Source: an uncultured Candidatus Saccharibacteria bacterium
GTDB lineage: Bacteria; Patescibacteriota; Minisyncoccia; Phycocordibacterales; UBA9973
Length of the DNA: 37,558 nt
Assembly: GCA_964596605.1 (NCBI GenBank)
Contig: CAZQUJ010000002.1
Location: 1-37,558, forward strand
Direction of reading: 5' to 3'
Under the pieces are notes generated by a model, which saw only the letters and a list, made by a program, of their open reading frames with translations, was not told where the DNA came from and searched no databases. Both the position numbers and the translations under genes were made by a program. This document shows, one piece after another, positions 19,874 to 28,271 of the stretch. Numbering within the stretch: position 1 is the stretch's first letter; every line of letters begins with the position of its first letter.

Positions 19874-20907
19874 TCTTTTTCTTGTTTGTCTAATTCTTCT
19901 TTGTATATAGAAACTAAACTATAAAGTAGGCTGATTACTAATGGTCCCATAATTAATCCGATTGGACCAATTAACATAATACCCCCTAATATGGAAAGTA
20001 ATACAAAGAGGGAGGGGATTTGTGTCCCCTTAGAGACAATATATGGATTAATGATGTTATCTATAGTAGCAACGAGAAGGAAATGCCAGAGCAAAAGACC
20101 AATAGCTGGAAGAGTGTGACCACCAACAAATAAATAGATTACTGCGGGGATTGTAATAATTGAAGTTCCAAAGGTTGGGACGAAGGAAGCAAAGGCTGCT
20201 AATATTGCCCAGATGATAGCATTTGGAATTCCAAAGATTAAATAACCACCCCAAGCTAGAGCTCCCTGAGCAATGGCTACAACAAAAGAACCTCGGAATG
20301 TTCTATTGATAGTATCTCTTAAGTCAGAAAATATCCTATTTGAATTTTTGGAAGATAAAGGTAATATTTTAACGATAGCACTTTGCCATTTTTCACCATC
20401 TTTTAATAAATAGAATAAGATAAAGACTGTTAATACAAGCATTATGATTGTATTAACAACAGAAGAGAATATTTTAGTTAAACTATTAGTGAAATTAGAA
20501 ATTAAGTTAGTAACACTAGTGTGTATATCAAAATTTATTCCTTCGGGTAAGAAGTTATTAATTGACGTGTTGATTTTTTCAACTATTGTACTTGAGCTAC
20601 TAGAGACAGATATTTGTTGGTAAAGATCTTGGGCTTGGATAAAAACACTTCGGCCGATAAAGAATAATGGAGTACATATAAAGACCAAGAATAAAATAAT
20701 TGTTATAACTGAGGCAGCCCAAGAAATATCTTTAACTATATGTTTCTTAATCCAATTGCAAATCGGATTAAGCACGACAGCAAAAGCGGCTGCCAAGATG
20801 AGAATTGACAAAAATGGATAAACAATTAAAAATGTAATAATTGTTACTATTAAAAGGAGTATAAAAATAAAATATTTTTCTGTTGAAGTTGATTTCATAT
20901 CTTTCAT
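19849..20907 (-). CDS. AI-2E family transporter (PerM-like permease)
   Basis: 352-aa multi-pass membrane protein with the characteristic AI-2E topology. Typical C-terminal segments are FASFVPTFGTSIITIPA and PYIVSKGTQIPSLFVLLSILGG. Confidence 0.85.
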   Translation of the reverse strand: MKDMKSTSTEKYFIFILLLIVTIITFLIVYPFLSILILAAAFAVVLNPICNWIKKHIVKDISWAASVITIILFLVFICTPLFFIGRSVFIQAQDLYQQISVSSSSSTIVEKINTSINNFLPEGINFDIHTSVTNLISNFTNSLTKIFSSVVNTIIMLVLTVFILFYLLKDGEKWQSAIVKILPLSSKNSNRIFSDLRDTINRTFRGSFVVAIAQGALAWGGYLIFGIPNAIIWAILAAFASFVPTFGTSIITIPAVIYLFVGGHTLPAIGLLLWHFLLVATIDNIINPYIVSKGTQIPSLFVLLSILGGIMLIGPIGLIMGPLVISLLYSLVSIYKEELDKQEKDQTALPAI

Positions 20908-20963
20908 TATACCAGTATTTTAATTACTAGCATAGGCTTTATCTTCTTTTTTGTGTGCAGTAA

Positions 20964-22211
20964 TTAAGCAGATAGTTTATCTTCCATTTCCATTATTCTG
21001 TTGTATTTACAGACTCTTTCTCCTCTAACCAAAGAACCAGATTTTATAAATGGACAACCTAGTCCAACGGCTAAATCAGCAATGAATGTATCTGTTGTTT
21101 CTCCTGAACGGTGAGAGATAAAAGGACTCCAGCCTTGTTTTTGAGCTAGGGTAATAGCTTCAATTGTTTCTGATACAGATCCGATTTGATTTAATTTAAT
21201 CAAGACAGAATTAACAGCTTCTTTTTCAATAGCTATTTTGATTCTTGAAATATTTGTAACTAATAAGTCATCTCCAACTATGGTAACCTTGTCACCGATG
21301 GTTTTAGTTAGAAGGTTAAATCCTTCCCAGTCATCTTCAGAAAGTCCATCTTCAATTGAGATAATAGGATATTTTTCTGTTAGCTCCTTATACCATGCAA
21401 CCATCTCTTCGCTTGTTAAGGATTTTTGTTCACCATTTATCCTTAAATTATATTTACCATTTTCGTAGAAAGAAGAAGCTGCTGCATCCATTCCTATTTT
21501 AACTTGGTCTGTGGTGTAACCAGCTTTTTCTATAGCTTCTACCATTAAGTCTAGTGCTTCTTCATTAGTTTGTAGCTTGGGAGCAAATCCTCCTTCGTCT
21601 CCAACAGAAATAGTATAGCCTTTGTCCTTAAGAATTTTTCTTAAAGCATAGATAACTTCAGCTCCAACTCTAACTTTTTCTTTAAAACTATCAAAAGCAA
21701 TTGGCCCAAGCATAAATTCTTGAATGTCTAAACCACTATCAGCATGCTGTCCTCCGTTGATGATATTAAGCATCGGAACAGGGAATTGATAATTTTTATT
21801 ATTTGCTAATTTAGCTAGATATTCATAAAGGTCTAATCCTTCTTCTTTAGCAGTTGCTTTAGCAAAAGCCATGGATACTCCCAAGATTGCATTGGCTCCA
21901 AGTCTTGATTTGTTAGGAGTTCCGTCTAATTCAATTAAAAATTGGTCTAATCCTTTCTGGTCAAATTCTTTATCTATTATATTTTTTGCAATTTCATCAT
22001 TTACATTAGAAACAGCCTTATTAACGCTAAGTCCAGCATAATATTTTGGATCACCATCTCTTAGTTCTAAGGCCTCATGAATTCCAGTACTAGCTCCAGA
22101 TGGAACAGAGGAGACTTCTTTAAAACCAGAGGAAGATAAAGAAACTTCTATTGTTGGTTTTCCCCGTGAATCTAATATTTGTCTAGCACTTACTGACTTT
22201 ATTTTTATCAT
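20964..22211 (-). CDS. eno: enolase
   Basis: Motifs SARQILDSRGKPTIEV, SGASTGIHEALELRDGD, IEDGLSEDDWEGF, LIKLNQIGSVSET and SHRSGETTDTFIADLAV. Confidence 0.95.
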   Translation of the reverse strand: MIKIKSVSARQILDSRGKPTIEVSLSSSGFKEVSSVPSGASTGIHEALELRDGDPKYYAGLSVNKAVSNVNDEIAKNIIDKEFDQKGLDQFLIELDGTPNKSRLGANAILGVSMAFAKATAKEEGLDLYEYLAKLANNKNYQFPVPMLNIINGGQHADSGLDIQEFMLGPIAFDSFKEKVRVGAEVIYALRKILKDKGYTISVGDEGGFAPKLQTNEEALDLMVEAIEKAGYTTDQVKIGMDAAASSFYENGKYNLRINGEQKSLTSEEMVAWYKELTEKYPIISIEDGLSEDDWEGFNLLTKTIGDKVTIVGDDLLVTNISRIKIAIEKEAVNSVLIKLNQIGSVSETIEAITLAQKQGWSPFISHRSGETTDTFIADLAVGLGCPFIKSGSLVRGERVCKYNRIMEMEDKLSA

Positions 22212-22318
22212 AAATAATTGATAATAAAAATCTTAATTAATAATAGCTAAGAAATCTTTGACAAGTTGATTTTTATTTTCATTAATGTATATTATAAACA
22301 AAATTAAAATTTTAGGAA

Positions 22319-22558
22319 ATGAGAAAAATTATCATCCTACTATCGGCTATCTCTTACCTGGCTGGTCTAGGTATAGTTGATTTTGTTAAAGTTGGAAAGG
22401 GAGAAAAAGAAGGGTCTCTCTTTGTTAGGCAAGGAACTATGCTAAAAAGTTTTGTTGTTTTAGATGGAAACAACAAAAAAAGAGTAAAAGACCTAATAAG
22501 GTCTGACACCATTCTAGTAGATACTACATTTAAAAAGGTAGTTTTCTTTTTAGAATAA
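22319..22558 (+). CDS. small hypothetical protein with hydrophobic N-terminus
   Basis: 79-aa ORF. A TTGACA (22257-62) - 17 nt - ATTAAT promoter-like pair lies upstream, and a strong terminator lies immediately downstream. I recognise no family. Confidence 0.4.
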   Translation: MRKIIILLSAISYLAGLGIVDFVKVGKGEKEGSLFVRQGTMLKSFVVLDGNNKKRVKDLIRSDTILVDTTFKKVVFFLE

Positions 22559-22587
22559 AAACTTATCTTGTTTTAGATAAGTTTTTT
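22557..22587. terminator. bidirectional terminator between convergent genes
   Basis: The stem pairs ACTTATCT (22561-68) with AGATAAGT (22575-82). It is flanked by an A-run on the 5' side and a T-run on the 3' side. Confidence 0.6.
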
Positions 22588-23095
22588 ATATTTTTCGACT
22601 GTCATATGCCCAATGAAGTAGAGCCTGCCTCTGTTTTGGGCGACAGTAAATATCTCCTGTCCGGCAGTTTTTCCTAATCTGTCCAACATGTCTTGTCATG
22701 GCATGCCATCTCTTAATTTGTCGATCATCTTCTTTTTCCAATCTTCTGCCAAAATAATAACGGCAATACCACTGAAACCAACCCCTCGGATCATGTTCTT
22801 GGTTTATCCATCCCTTTTTAATCCAAACTGAAAGTGGTTGGCTAGCATCTTCTTTAAAATAATTTAATTCTGGATTTTTTCCAGAAGGTGATAGTTTAGC
22901 TTTTAGAAACCAGCTCTTGGGAAATTCATTTTTACAATCTGTCATATATTTACCACCGAAGATTCCTAATTCTAACATTTCTTTAGGTGAGAGATCAGGT
23001 CTAAAATCAGTCCGAAAATTTCTACCAGATGGTTCTGTTAGCTCGTAGCGGTAATTTTTCTGCATTTTATCATTAACAATAATAATTTTAGACAT
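22586..23095 (-). CDS. conserved hypothetical protein, Trp/Arg/Cys-rich (GWFQWYCRYYFGRR...DDRQIKRW motif)
   Basis: 169-aa ORF with a clean ATG. I recognise the motif as recurring in uncharacterised proteins but cannot name the family. Confidence 0.55.
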   Translation of the reverse strand: MSKIIIVNDKMQKNYRYELTEPSGRNFRTDFRPDLSPKEMLELGIFGGKYMTDCKNEFPKSWFLKAKLSPSGKNPELNYFKEDASQPLSVWIKKGWINQEHDPRGWFQWYCRYYFGRRLEKEDDRQIKRWHAMTRHVGQIRKNCRTGDIYCRPKQRQALLHWAYDSRKI

Positions 23096-23102
23096 AAAAT
23101 AT

Positions 23103-23999
23103 TTACTGATAAAATTTATCTATTAATTTAGTGGATACCCTAGCAATAGATTTAGGTCGGAAATATGAAAGACCATGGTTGCTAGATTTTTCTGGTTTTA
23201 TTAGTCTAACGTATGGGCTAGATTTGAAAAGGTTTTCGGTTGAAATAATTTTTCTATAGTCAGATACGGAATCTTCTTTTCCATTGATTAAAACAATCGG
23301 AACTTTTAATTCGCTGGCTCTTTCGTTTTGTTTAGATGTTTCATTTATTCTATTTAATATCTTGACAACATGGGAGGGGGAACTAACAGTTTTGGAAAAA
23401 ACATTAGAGCCTAAATCCTTAGCTACGTTTGCCCATTTTTTAAAATCACCCGATTTATTCTCACTTTTTGGCATATTCAATGGGGTTTTGACAAAGGAAT
23501 CTTTTAATAAATGAACAGTTAATTCTTTGGGTTTTTGATCGTAAAGACCGGTTGAAGCGAGGAGAATAAGTCCTTCTATTTTTATTTCTGGGTCATCTTG
23601 CAGTAGGTAAACAACATTCATTGCCTTGTCTCCACCAATGGAATATCCGACAATTTTTATACTTTCTAACTTTTTTTCTTTTATAAATTTAGAAATAGCT
23701 ATGGATTCATCAAATAAGCTATTTCGATCGTTGGTTTCAGTGGTGATGGTAAGAGTTCTAGTTTTTGACTCGTTGGCAAAATCTTCTCCCAAGGACAAGG
23801 TGGTTTTATTTTCTGCCTCTGCTTCCCATCCAGGTATTAGGATTATTCCTTTTGAGTTATTTAAATTCTCTACATTGTCTGGTAGAATTTCTCTCGAGTT
23901 TAATCTTACTTGAGTCCCAGATTCTAGGGAATAGACCTTGGATTCTACTTTCTCCTTTCTCTCTTTACTGTTTAGTTGTGTTGGTTTTTCTAGGTTCAT
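23103..23999 (-). CDS. alpha/beta hydrolase
   Basis: Nucleophile elbow GYSIGG, upstream IILIPGW, and downstream acid and His candidates (NGKEDSV, SNHG). Confidence 0.7.
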   Translation of the reverse strand: MNLEKPTQLNSKERKEKVESKVYSLESGTQVRLNSREILPDNVENLNNSKGIILIPGWEAEAENKTTLSLGEDFANESKTRTLTITTETNDRNSLFDESIAISKFIKEKKLESIKIVGYSIGGDKAMNVVYLLQDDPEIKIEGLILLASTGLYDQKPKELTVHLLKDSFVKTPLNMPKSENKSGDFKKWANVAKDLGSNVFSKTVSSPSHVVKILNRINETSKQNERASELKVPIVLINGKEDSVSDYRKIISTENLFKSSPYVRLIKPEKSSNHGLSYFRPKSIARVSTKLIDKFYQ

Positions 24000-24014
24000 A
24001 ATCGTATTGCTAAA

Positions 24015-24413
24015 TTATAAGAGTTTTATTATCTCTTCTGAGATTTCCTCGGCATCTAGCTCATCTGTTCTAAAGGTGATAGCTAAATTATTTTTTTCTC
24101 GATTATAAATATCATTTAGTTCTTTAAACCTATCAATTGAAGTATTGGATATTTTTCTCTCTTTTTCGGGTATTAGCATGGCATTAGTAACTCTTTCGTT
24201 GAACCTTTTTAGTGCGACCTCATATTCTAATTCTAATTTATTTATATACCTTTTCTGATCTTTTGGAATTGTTATTAATTCTTTTTCGGTAAGTTTTGTT
24301 GGACGCCACACAAGCACAGTTTCTCCATTTTTAAACATACGTTTAGCAAACACACCCAATCCTTCAATATGTGATGGTTTTACGATTATATTTTCATCTT
24401 CATATACGTACAT
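24015..24413 (-). CDS. hypothetical protein with SET-domain-like N-terminus only
   Basis: VKPSHIEGLGVFAKRMFKNGETVLVW resembles the start of a SET domain. The remainder is a charged helical region with no NHSCxPN-type motif. Confidence 0.35.
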   Translation of the reverse strand: MYVYEDENIIVKPSHIEGLGVFAKRMFKNGETVLVWRPTKLTEKELITIPKDQKRYINKLELEYEVALKRFNERVTNAMLIPEKERKISNTSIDRFKELNDIYNREKNNLAITFRTDELDAEEISEEIIKLL

Positions 24414-24434
24414 AAAATATATTATATTTATTCT

Positions 24435-24457
24435 GCCACAAGTCTAGCTTAGGGCTA
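24435..24457 (+). repeat. degenerate copy of the 23-bp palindromic repeat (GCCACAAGTCTAGCTTAGGGCTA)
   Basis: 18/23 identity to the copy at 24964-24986. It lies between the VOC stop and the start of the SET-like gene. Confidence 0.5.
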
Positions 24458-24476
24458 TAATGGTGGTAAATAGTAT

Positions 24477-24881
24477 TTATTTAGGGAAAAACATTATCTC
24501 TAGCTTTAGCCTATCAGGATCTTCAAAAAATACAGCGTAATAACCCTTTCTATAGTTAGGATATTCTTTAGGTCCTCCATATAATACCGATATTTTATTT
24601 TTTAGTAAAAATTCATTGTAAAATAAATCGACATCTTTTTTAGAGCTAGCCCTAAAAGCTAAATGATTAACCCCAACATTTTTTCGGTGAAAGTTTTTGT
24701 TATATTTACCTTCTGTTTTATCAATCCAAAAGCCATTTGGTCCATTTGACCAGCCATTAGGTTTTTTATCTTTTCCTACTCTTTCAAAGCCGAGAAACAA
24801 AAATAATTTATCATAAAAAATTCTCGATTTTTCTAAATTACTAACATTTAAACTTATATGATCAAATCCAAGATATTTCAT
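24477..24881 (-). CDS. VOC family protein (glyoxalase/bleomycin-resistance fold)
   Basis: 134 aa. FDHISLNVSNLEKSRIFY...GVNHLAFRA...LKLEIMF is the typical paired beta-alpha-beta-beta-beta module pattern. Confidence 0.8.
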   Translation of the reverse strand: MKYLGFDHISLNVSNLEKSRIFYDKLFLFLGFERVGKDKKPNGWSNGPNGFWIDKTEGKYNKNFHRKNVGVNHLAFRASSKKDVDLFYNEFLLKNKISVLYGGPKEYPNYRKGYYAVFFEDPDRLKLEIMFFPK

Positions 24882-24963
24882 AAATTATTTTTGTGGAAGG
24901 TTATATTTTTCATATGTAATTATTATACAACAGTTTGATAGAAAAAAGATATTATGTTTTTTT

Positions 24964-24986
24964 GCCAAAAGTCCGACTTTGGGCTA
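24964..24986 (+). repeat. 23-bp palindromic repeat GCCAAAAGTCCGACTTTGGGCTA
   Basis: The 9-bp arms are GCCAAAAGT and ACTTTGGGC (one mismatch) around a CCG loop. It overlaps the TAG stop of the GNAT gene. Confidence 0.75.
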
Positions 24987-25466
24987 CTTAGTCAGCAGTT
25001 TTTCAAGTGTAATATTTATTTTTTTGAGACCCTGGGATTCATAAAATCTAATTGCGTCAACATTTTCAGCAGATGCAACATATCTTATTATTTCAACTCC
25101 TTTTTCTACACACCACTCCTCAAATTTTTTTGTTAATTTACTTCCTACTCCTCTTCCTCTGTATTTACTATCAACAAACATATTTTCTGCTTCGGCAATA
25201 ATTTTAATATTCCTATATTCTTCTGCTACAATTAATGAACCTACTAAATATCCAATTGCAACATCGTTTTCTTCGGCAATGAGAGCTAAAGAATTTGGGT
25301 GTTCTATTCTCAAGCGGAAATACTTTTCTCCTTCTTCGGTTAATGGGTAATTAGGATTAATGCTTGAATCGTATTCTTTATTTTCTTTAGTACACAACTC
25401 TTGATTGAACTTTTGAATTATTAAAAGATCTTGTGTCGTGGCTTCTCTTATTTCTATTTCTTTCAT
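24984..25466 (-). CDS. GNAT family N-acetyltransferase
   Basis: 160 aa. The acetyl-CoA motif is VDSKYRGRGVGSKLTKKFEEW, followed by FYESQGLK. Confidence 0.85.
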   Translation of the reverse strand: MKEIEIREATTQDLLIIQKFNQELCTKENKEYDSSINPNYPLTEEGEKYFRLRIEHPNSLALIAEENDVAIGYLVGSLIVAEEYRNIKIIAEAENMFVDSKYRGRGVGSKLTKKFEEWCVEKGVEIIRYVASAENVDAIRFYESQGLKKINITLEKLLTK

Positions 25467-25485
25467 GTTTTTATTATATTAGTTT

Positions 25486-25956
25486 TTAAATTTCCATTTT
25501 CATCTTTTTCATAAACTCCCTAAAACCAAGACCTCTCCACGCCCTAACTCCCTCGATATTTTCTGAAGCTACATTAAGCTCTATTATTTTTATTCTATTT
25601 TCTTTAAACCAAGAAATAAATTGTTTTACAACCATCTTAGCTATTCCTTTTCCTCGAAACTCTTTTAGAATAAAACCATTTAATATATAACCGATTTTTG
25701 GGATAGACACATTGGAGTTGGTATCTTTTATTTCAGCAGAAAAGAAACCAACTATTTTGTTTCCAGACTCTACAACTAACCACATTACATTTGGTTTGTT
25801 TAGTTCGTTTTTTATATATTCACTAAAAGTAGTTTTTGCTTCAGATCCATCTTTCCAATACGGATCAATATTGTGGTGGTGATTATCGAGCAGATAGTTT
25901 AGTTCTACGATTTGAGGGGTGTCTTGTTCTGTTGCTTTTCTAATTGAGTATTTCAT
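25486..25956 (-). CDS. GNAT family N-acetyltransferase (tandem paralog)
   Basis: 156 aa. Motif ILKEFRGKGIAKMVVKQFISW followed by RGLGFRE. Confidence 0.85.
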   Translation of the reverse strand: MKYSIRKATEQDTPQIVELNYLLDNHHHNIDPYWKDGSEAKTTFSEYIKNELNKPNVMWLVVESGNKIVGFFSAEIKDTNSNVSIPKIGYILNGFILKEFRGKGIAKMVVKQFISWFKENRIKIIELNVASENIEGVRAWRGLGFREFMKKMKMEI

Positions 25957-25995
25957 GGTTTATATTATAGCAAATGAATTTTGTTTTTGCAGAAT

Positions 25996-26814
25996 TTAAA
26001 ATTTGAGTTTAGTAAAAAGATCTTGATTTTTCATGGATAATAGTTTTTGATTAACAGCAAAACTGAGCTCATTGTACTTAAGGTTTATACAGGTATTAAG
26101 CTGAATTAATTTACGATTTAGTTCAATAATATCTGAATATGTTTTTAGATTAAATGGAAGTGTTTTATTAATTATTTTACTTGCTCTTATTGGTCCGATT
26201 CCCTGAACACCTTTTATATTATCACAACTATCTCCGGTTAAGCTTTTAAATAAAACATATTGTCCAGGAGAAAAGTTATATTTATTTCTCAAAGAAGAAG
26301 GAGTAAATATCTTATTTACCCCTTTGGGACCAAAGTGTATTAAAGATACGTTTTTGGATAAAAGCTAATAAAAGTCAGAATCACTAGAAGCTATAAATAC
26401 TTTTCCATTTTTATTTTTCTTCAGATAGTTCATTGCTAAGGTCCCTATCATATCATCAGCCTCAATTCCTCTTTTTTCAAAAGTCTTTACTTTGAGGAAT
26501 TTTAATGATTTTTTTATTAGAGGTAAATGTTTAAAAGGAGAATCCTCATCGTTTGAATAGTCGGATTTTCTATTGGCTTTATATGAATCACTAATTGAAT
26601 GATTAGAGTTTTTGCTTTCTGAATCAAATACAACTGCTATATCGCTAAACTTTTCTACTTTGAGAGCTCTTTTTATAAGTCCAAGAAAGGTAGTTAAAAC
26701 GTGGAGAGGTGTGCCGTTACTAGAATAGAATTTAAAGGGGACCCCATATGATTTAAAAAGAAAATTGTGTCCGTCTATTAGGAGAAGAATTTTATTTTTT
26801 TTGCTCATATTCAT
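25996..26814 (-). pseudogene. 5'-3' exonuclease (Pol I N-terminal/FEN family) interrupted by one in-frame TAG
   Basis: The upstream part has the PIN-like domain (KILLLIDGHNFLFKSYG, VVFDSE, GIEADDMIGT, IASSDSDFY). The downstream part has H3TH (LTGDSCDNIKGVQGIGPIRASKII). Both are in the same frame, separated only by TAG at 26365-26367. The likely start is the ATG at 26812-14 or 26806-08, not the TTG at 26853. Confidence 0.8.
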
Positions 26815-26828
26815 ACGTGATAATTTAT

Positions 26829-26851
26829 TAGTCACAAGTCGGACTTTTGGC
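26829..26851 (-). repeat. 23-bp palindromic repeat, inverted copy (minus strand reads GCCAAAAGTCCGACTTGTGACTA)
   Basis: It lies 15-40 nt upstream of the probable exonuclease start. On the minus strand it reads TTGCCA - 17 nt - TAATAA, which is promoter-like. Confidence 0.7.
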
Positions 26852-26884
26852 AAAATTAAATTTTTAATTCATTCATTGTCTATT

Positions 26885-27442
26885 TTAGTTGGTGGTTAAT
26901 TTTTCAAATTGTGAAATGATAGATGGTTGGACAGAATAAGTGATGTGTTCAGCGTTTGATAGGGTATATATAGTATCACAAAACTTACTGAATTCTTTTT
27001 TATTTTTATCAAAAGCTCCAAAGGGATCATTATCAGAAATAATCAGTATCGATTTTTGAATATTTTTCTTTATCTTTTTAAAATTTATTGGAGTTTTAAT
27101 CCATGGTTCCGATATTTTTTTTGACTCTTCGTCTTCTAAATTTTCTAAATAAAACCACCCAGCCACAAATATTGCTCCACCTATTTTTGTATTTATTTTT
27201 TCTAAATATCTCACTATCGTTTGGCATCCAATAGAATGGCCAATTAGGAAAGTGTTTTTATCTGGAGTACCAACTACTTTTCCTAATTCTCCGATCCATC
27301 TTTCTATGTTAGGGTTGTTAGTGTCTGGCATGTCTGGAACGTGCACTTCATAGCCCTTGCCCTCTAGTTGTTCTTTAACCCATGGATACCAATTTACATC
27401 ATGATTACCTCCCCAACAGTGAATGATAATTACTCTTTTCAT
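26885..27442 (-). CDS. serine hydrolase, YdeN/RBBP9-like alpha/beta fold
   Basis: 185 aa. Motifs IIIHCWGGNHDVNWYPWVKEQL...YEVHVPDMP, GHSIGC and ILIISDNDPF. Confidence 0.7.
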   Translation of the reverse strand: MKRVIIIHCWGGNHDVNWYPWVKEQLEGKGYEVHVPDMPDTNNPNIERWIGELGKVVGTPDKNTFLIGHSIGCQTIVRYLEKINTKIGGAIFVAGWFYLENLEDEESKKISEPWIKTPINFKKIKKNIQKSILIISDNDPFGAFDKNKKEFSKFCDTIYTLSNAEHITYSVQPSIISQFEKLTTN

Positions 27443-27459
27443 ACTTTTATAAAATATTG

Positions 27460-28083
27460 TTATCTATTATTTGAAGTCCATAAATCATTCCACCAATCAG
27501 AAGGAGCTATTTCATATATTTTTTCTCCATATTTTTTGCCAGTATCAGTTTTAAGTTTTTTAATTTGTTCATTGACTGTTGATTTTCCTTTTCCATTAAG
27601 CCAAATGCTAGCTTCTTTATTTCCATTCCATTCGTATTCTCTCAAAAGCAAGATTTGATCCAAAGTGTCTGCCTCTTTGGCTAAAATTGCTTCCTTGCTT
27701 TCTCTTTTATCGTATTCATTTATAATTTCTTCTAGATCAGGATAGGGTAGAGAGCCTAACTGATCTTTATTTATTTCATCTTCGTAAATTTTTACATATC
27801 TTTTATGAATCCAGTTGTGGTCATTACTTCTGACTTCAGACATATCATGAAGCAATCCCATCATGACTGTTTTATATGGGTCAGCTCCTTCTTCTTTTGC
27901 TAAAAACCAACTTATAACTGCAACCCTGTAAGAGTGAGAGGCGATATTGTCTGATGTATCATCAGTAAGGAAAACTTGTCTGTGCATTCTGGCCAGTTTT
28001 CTCATTGTACCTATTTCATAAAAGAAATTAATGATTTTATTTTGGTTGGAGTTATTTTGTTGTTCCATAGGTTTATTATACAT
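27460..28083 (-). CDS. HD-domain hydrolase, YfbR-like 5'-(deoxy)nucleotidase
   Basis: Motif HSYRVAVISWFLA...LLHDMSEVRSNDHNW, the H...HD...D metal motif. Confidence 0.72.
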   Translation of the reverse strand: MYNKPMEQQNNSNQNKIINFFYEIGTMRKLARMHRQVFLTDDTSDNIASHSYRVAVISWFLAKEEGADPYKTVMMGLLHDMSEVRSNDHNWIHKRYVKIYEDEINKDQLGSLPYPDLEEIINEYDKRESKEAILAKEADTLDQILLLREYEWNGNKEASIWLNGKGKSTVNEQIKKLKTDTGKKYGEKIYEIAPSDWWNDLWTSNNR

Positions 28084-28242
28084 GATTTATAGAACTAACA
28101 ATAGGTGGTTTTTCTATAGTGTGACAAGCCGAAATGAACTACCAATATAGCTCATAATAAACTGTTAACAAGAATCTAATTCATCTAGCCACCGAATTGT
28201 CTCTAAACATCATAAATCCTTTAAGTCTTTTGGCCATTTGTT

Positions 28243-28265
28243 GCCCAAAGTCCGACTTTGGGCTA
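28243..28265 (+). repeat. 23-bp palindromic repeat GCCCAAAGTCCGACTTTGGGCTA (perfect 9-bp arms)
   Basis: GCCCAAAGT and ACTTTGGGC pair around a CCG loop. It lies 7 nt beyond the HAD gene stop. Confidence 0.8.
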
Positions 28266-28271
28266 AATGTA

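Noticed and set aside
26365-26367. Genome-wide TAG-to-Gln recoding as the explanation for the in-frame TAG.
   Set aside because: TAG terminates several well-supported genes in the same window (4-6, 24984-86, 34907-09). No CUA-anticodon tRNA is seen. A point mutation or variant is the simpler explanation.
26815-26853. MPKVRLVTNKLSR extension of the exonuclease ORF from a TTG start.
   Set aside because: These codons are simply the palindromic repeat read in frame. Homology begins at KILLLIDGHNF, and two ATGs lie just downstream.
24435-28265. The palindromic junction repeats as integron attC sites in a cassette array.
   Set aside because: The elements are only about 23 bp. They lack the RYYYAAC/GTTRRRY core sites, and no IntI-type integrase or attI is present. 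The analogy is positional only.
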